DNA of 64,000 nt from Monocercomonoides exilis PA203 (lineage: Eukaryota > Protista > Preaxostyla), in assembly GCA_001643675.2 (NCBI GenBank), contig LSRY02000016.1:62001-126000 (forward strand), given 5' to 3'. The position numbers were made by a program, and so were the translations under genes. The notes under the pieces are model-generated. The model did no database searches, was not told the origin of the DNA, and worked only from the letters and a program-made list of their open reading frames with translations. This document shows positions 60,107 to 64,000 of this stretch, piece by piece. Within the stretch, counting starts at the first letter, position 1; the number at the start of each line of letters is the position of its first letter.

Positions 60107-63100
60107 ATGAACAAAAATACGCCAATTATTTTTGCACCCTTTGTTGGTTCCATTCATCAAGTCTGCTATAGTTTATATACAATGAAAGTTAAATGTGCTT
60201 TATTAAAAATATTTGCGATTCTGTCTTAGGCAGAAGCAATTGCTGCATTTATTGATAGATATTCTGGGCAAGTTTTTGTATATGATGTGTGTTATTGTGT
60301 TTTGTATTTTATTTTTCTTTATAATTTGCAAATTGTTTTGAGTGGGATCCTCAAAAAATAGTGGCTGCTGAATTCTTCCGTTCGATTTCAATAAGCGTCA
60401 GTCTTTTTTCTCCTCAACATTTCATCGAAGCAATTAATGAAAGAGGAAAAGATCATTCAATTGTCATTTTGCTCACCGAACAATTAAATTATGATGCTTT
60501 TAATGAAGCACAATCGGAAATATTCTGTTTGTTTTCAATCTTTTTAGATTATTTAATGCGAAATTAAATTCAAATAATGCAGCATCGATGAAAACTTTGT
60601 TCCCCAGAATTATAAAAGATGTTGTCATTGTGAAAGACGAATGTAAAATTACGTTTAACCTTCAGCTCACTCGTTATCTTCGGTCAAGTTCTTCACAAAT
60701 TTTGTTGAGTAAGATTTTAAAATCTCACAATGGAATATCATCGGTATTTGTTGATCTTGGTGAATTTCCATCTCACATATTTCGTGATGCTGATGTTCTG
60801 GGTCAATTGTTGAAAGTTTGCAATTCATGTTAGGTTTTATCATCACTTATTTTTCGCTTTTCTATTCGCTAAAATTACAAACAATTTCAAACATTGATAA
60901 TTTTTCACAGTTTCATTTAGAAAATCCTGGTATCGTTCTAAAAATTCGGTTTCCTCCATGCTTGCATCCAGACAAGCCTGCCACATTATTTCAATTTGAT
61001 GAAGAAACTCCAAATGTTGTGACTTCAAAGCCCTCAAAAAACCTTCAAGATGACAATCTCCCTGCCAAAGACAAAACGGTCGATGATGATTTATATGCAT
61101 CATTTTGGCTGAACAACTTCTCTTCAAATGCTTCACAGAACTGTATTATTCCGTTGAATGAGTGTTTGGCGCCTCTTTCAGTCATTGCTGAATGTGATGT
61201 GATAATTGCACAGGATGATTCTCCTTGTGCATTCTATGCATTGTGGATGAACGAATATGCTGAAAATGAGCAGCACAACTCAAAGTCGTTCAAGCATGTT
61301 TTGTGTTATGCATCATCTTTGGATGAGAAATCATCCAAAAGTCGGAATTCTTCATCTGCTTCTGCTTCTGCATCGTCTTCTCAGAAACCAAATTACGAAC
61401 ACGAAAAAGCAAATAACATTTCTGATGGAAATGACCTCCCATTGACATCGCAGCTGAAAGGCTCAACTGTATTCTCAGACGGCAAGCAACTTGGAGAGAT
61501 ACTCAGTTCCATTCTCAGCAGCACCTCAGAATCATCAGAAGAAAAAGCAACAATGGAAGCAAGCAAAGCCGATTACATGCAGAAATATTCAGACGCGATT
61601 GGTATTCCAACAACATTGGAATGTGAAGAAGTTGCAGTGATGAGAAAGTGGGTTCTGCCAGAAGATTGCTCCAATCCAGCACTTCTAAAAGCTCTGGTGC
61701 CTCCCTCTGAGTCATCCTCAACGACAAACCTATTGGAGACTGAAGAATCCATAAAAGCAACACACAGCAAGCGGATGGAGACATTGGCAAGCTCTTTGTC
61801 TGCCTCACGGGACATGTTGCCCCAAACATCAGGAAGTCATCCTCTTCTCCCTCTTTCTGATTCAATGTCTCTCCTTCGAATCAGACTGCTTCAGCATTGC
61901 GAAAATTCTGCAAAGCTGTGCGACTTCTATTCAACCATTTTGTCTCCGTATGTTCCGAACTCGTCAGATATGCCTGCGCCTGTTTCAGCGCTTGGTACAC
62001 CAAAATCGCTGCCTTTCCCTCTTTTCCACATTGCAGAATCAGCTGCTGCTCCATTGTCAGAATATGAGGTCTTTCTGAAAGACAACATTGAGCAGCTTCT
62101 GTCGCTTTCGTTTCCTCTTCATTTGATAAGAAAGCTGTTTGATGACTGCACCAAACACAGATTTGAGAGTGGAGAGCATCTTATTTCAATGCCAATTGAA
62201 GATCTCAATGAAGATAGCGAAAATGAAGAAAATGAAGAAGAGGCAAGCGAGCAAAATGCGCCGTCTGCTTTGCTGATTGATGAAAACGTGATTTCGCCTC
62301 AGCTTTTGGTGACTTGTGTTCGACCAGACATCCAAACAGTTTCGACAAATGGCTCTTCATTTTCATCAGCCACTTCATCAGCAAATCGGCTGCAGCCAGC
62401 AATCAAGCAGGAGTCAACACTGTTCTTGTTTTCACACAATTATTCATTGTGCACTTCTTCGTCTTCTTCAAACACAGATTATACATCCACATCACAGTGT
62501 GTGTCGACAGATCTTCGGGAAAACAGCGACATTCTGAAGTTCGTTGAGAGAGCAACAGGTGTTGACTATCATTTTGACGGAGATGAAGACGAAGGTTGTG
62601 ATGAAAATGATGATGAGCAGACTGAGGAAGCAAATGAAGAAGAAGAAAATGAAACTGAAGAAGATGAAAATGAACCATCTGAAGTTATTGAGACGGTGGA
62701 GCAACTCATGGAAATGATCAAGACTGTTAGTCTGCCATTTTCTGTTGACAATCATATTTCATCAGCTGAATCATCATCGTCGTCTTCAAGTTCCTCATCT
62801 TCAAGCGAAGACAGTTCTGCATATTCACTCACACTCGATGACACACAACTCTCTGAAAGTGTCCTCTGTGCATTTGCCAGTTTAAATGATACAGCTTCTC
62901 AATCAAGCTCCTCCTGCCAGACAGAATTCAAAGAGCTTTTCGAAAAGCTGAACCATGTCGTTTCACTTTCATTGTGCAGATGCAACATTCTTCGTGTTCC
63001 AGATGCACTTCGTTCATTACTTTTGTTGTGTGCACCGTCTCTCACTGCGCTCTGGCTGAAAGATCGTATTTCTCTGGAACAGCTTCAAAAGGAAAGTTCA

Positions 63101-64000
63101 TTGAAAGCAGATGAGCAAGATTCAAAACAGAAAAAACAACCAATTTCTGAAGCAGAAGTTCAGACGCTATGCAAACGTATTGAGATGCTAAATGGGCATT
63201 TCTTAGACAACTACACAGAACGAGGTGTGTTGTGTGTAGCTGAAATGACTCTCAATCGTGTTCCATCTGTTTGTGAATCTGAATTGCCATCAAATGTTGA
63301 TGAAAAAAGCGAAAAAACGGAGACTGAACAGGAAGAAGGCAATGCTGAAGACGATGACTGTGATGATGAGTTCGCGTATCATCCATATTGCTCATCAATA
63401 ACAACACAGAACCGTATTTCTTGTCACAAGTTTGTACCAAATTGTCGTCCTCTTCTTTCTCTGCATCCAGATGATTTGTGTTTGGAGCACTTAAGTTCAA
63501 TCTCATTGACTAACAGGAATCTTTCTTCACTTTCTCCATCTGTTTTCTCTCGATGCCTTAACTTGCGAGTGTTGAATGTTTCACAAAATCCAAAATTAGC
63601 ATTGAAACTGTATGAAGAGTATATTTCATTGGTGAAAATGAGTGAATCAGAAAAGAAGGATGAAAATGTTGGACAGCGCACTCCAACTTTAGCAGTTTTG
63701 AATTATTTGATTGAGTGTGGAAATTTGACACGTTTGGAGTGGACTGATTTGAGTGTGACTGTACTTCCAAAATTGATACAGGAAGACAATTCACTTTCAG
63801 AGGAAAAGAAAAAACTGTATCAACAAATTCTATCAACTGAAAATTCGGATAAGAAATCATCATTGCCTCTGTCTGCCTCTCAATTCGAAGAACTTTCAAC
63901 AATCTATCAAGAATTTGTGACTCGTGTGTTCCCTTGCCTTCAACAGTTCAATGGTGTATCACCACATACTCATTACAACTTTGCTAAAGTTTTTGAGTCA
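60107..64000 (+). CDS. 3'-partial multi-exon protein with C-terminal leucine-rich repeats
   Basis: Frame from 60911 stays open to the window end; LSSISLTNRNLSSL, LRVLNVSQNPKL and an LRR-cap-like YQEFVTRVFPCLQQFNG; small 5' exons from ATG 60107. Confidence 0.7.

Overview
AT-rich eukaryotic (protist) genomic DNA in the standard genetic code, with short GT-AG introns and poly-Ser-rich proteins. Gene style resembles an oxymonad such as Monocercomonoides (inference). Left arm (1-20.5 kb): partial coiled-coil gene, GGA(I)-repeat single-pass surface protein, ~2100-aa Ser-rich protein, SUC/SLC45-type sugar transporter, micro-exon SPRY-like gene. Centre (20.5-38.3 kb): a transposon/pseudogene island with decayed intron-containing pogo-like DDE transposases, a complete Merlin element (TIRs, 8-bp TSD), a second Merlin remnant carrying nested MITEs, three MITE families and decayed surface-protein DNA. 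The island's only long intact ORF encodes 30 exact-length 30-aa W/M/P-rich repeats; its hypervariable positions align with the binding positions of ankyrin/DARPin repeats, and it shows recent unit copying. This is the top candidate novelty. Right arm (38.4-64 kb): PHO80/P-type cyclin, small 4-exon membrane protein missed by the ORF track, giant BIG/Sec7 ARF-GEF with a 4x YxxGCGSSxFVSxLSE motif, RPS21, RPL22 with an H1-like extension, RRM protein, Gln-rich/coiled-coil protein and a partial LRR protein. All exon boundaries were inferred by eye.
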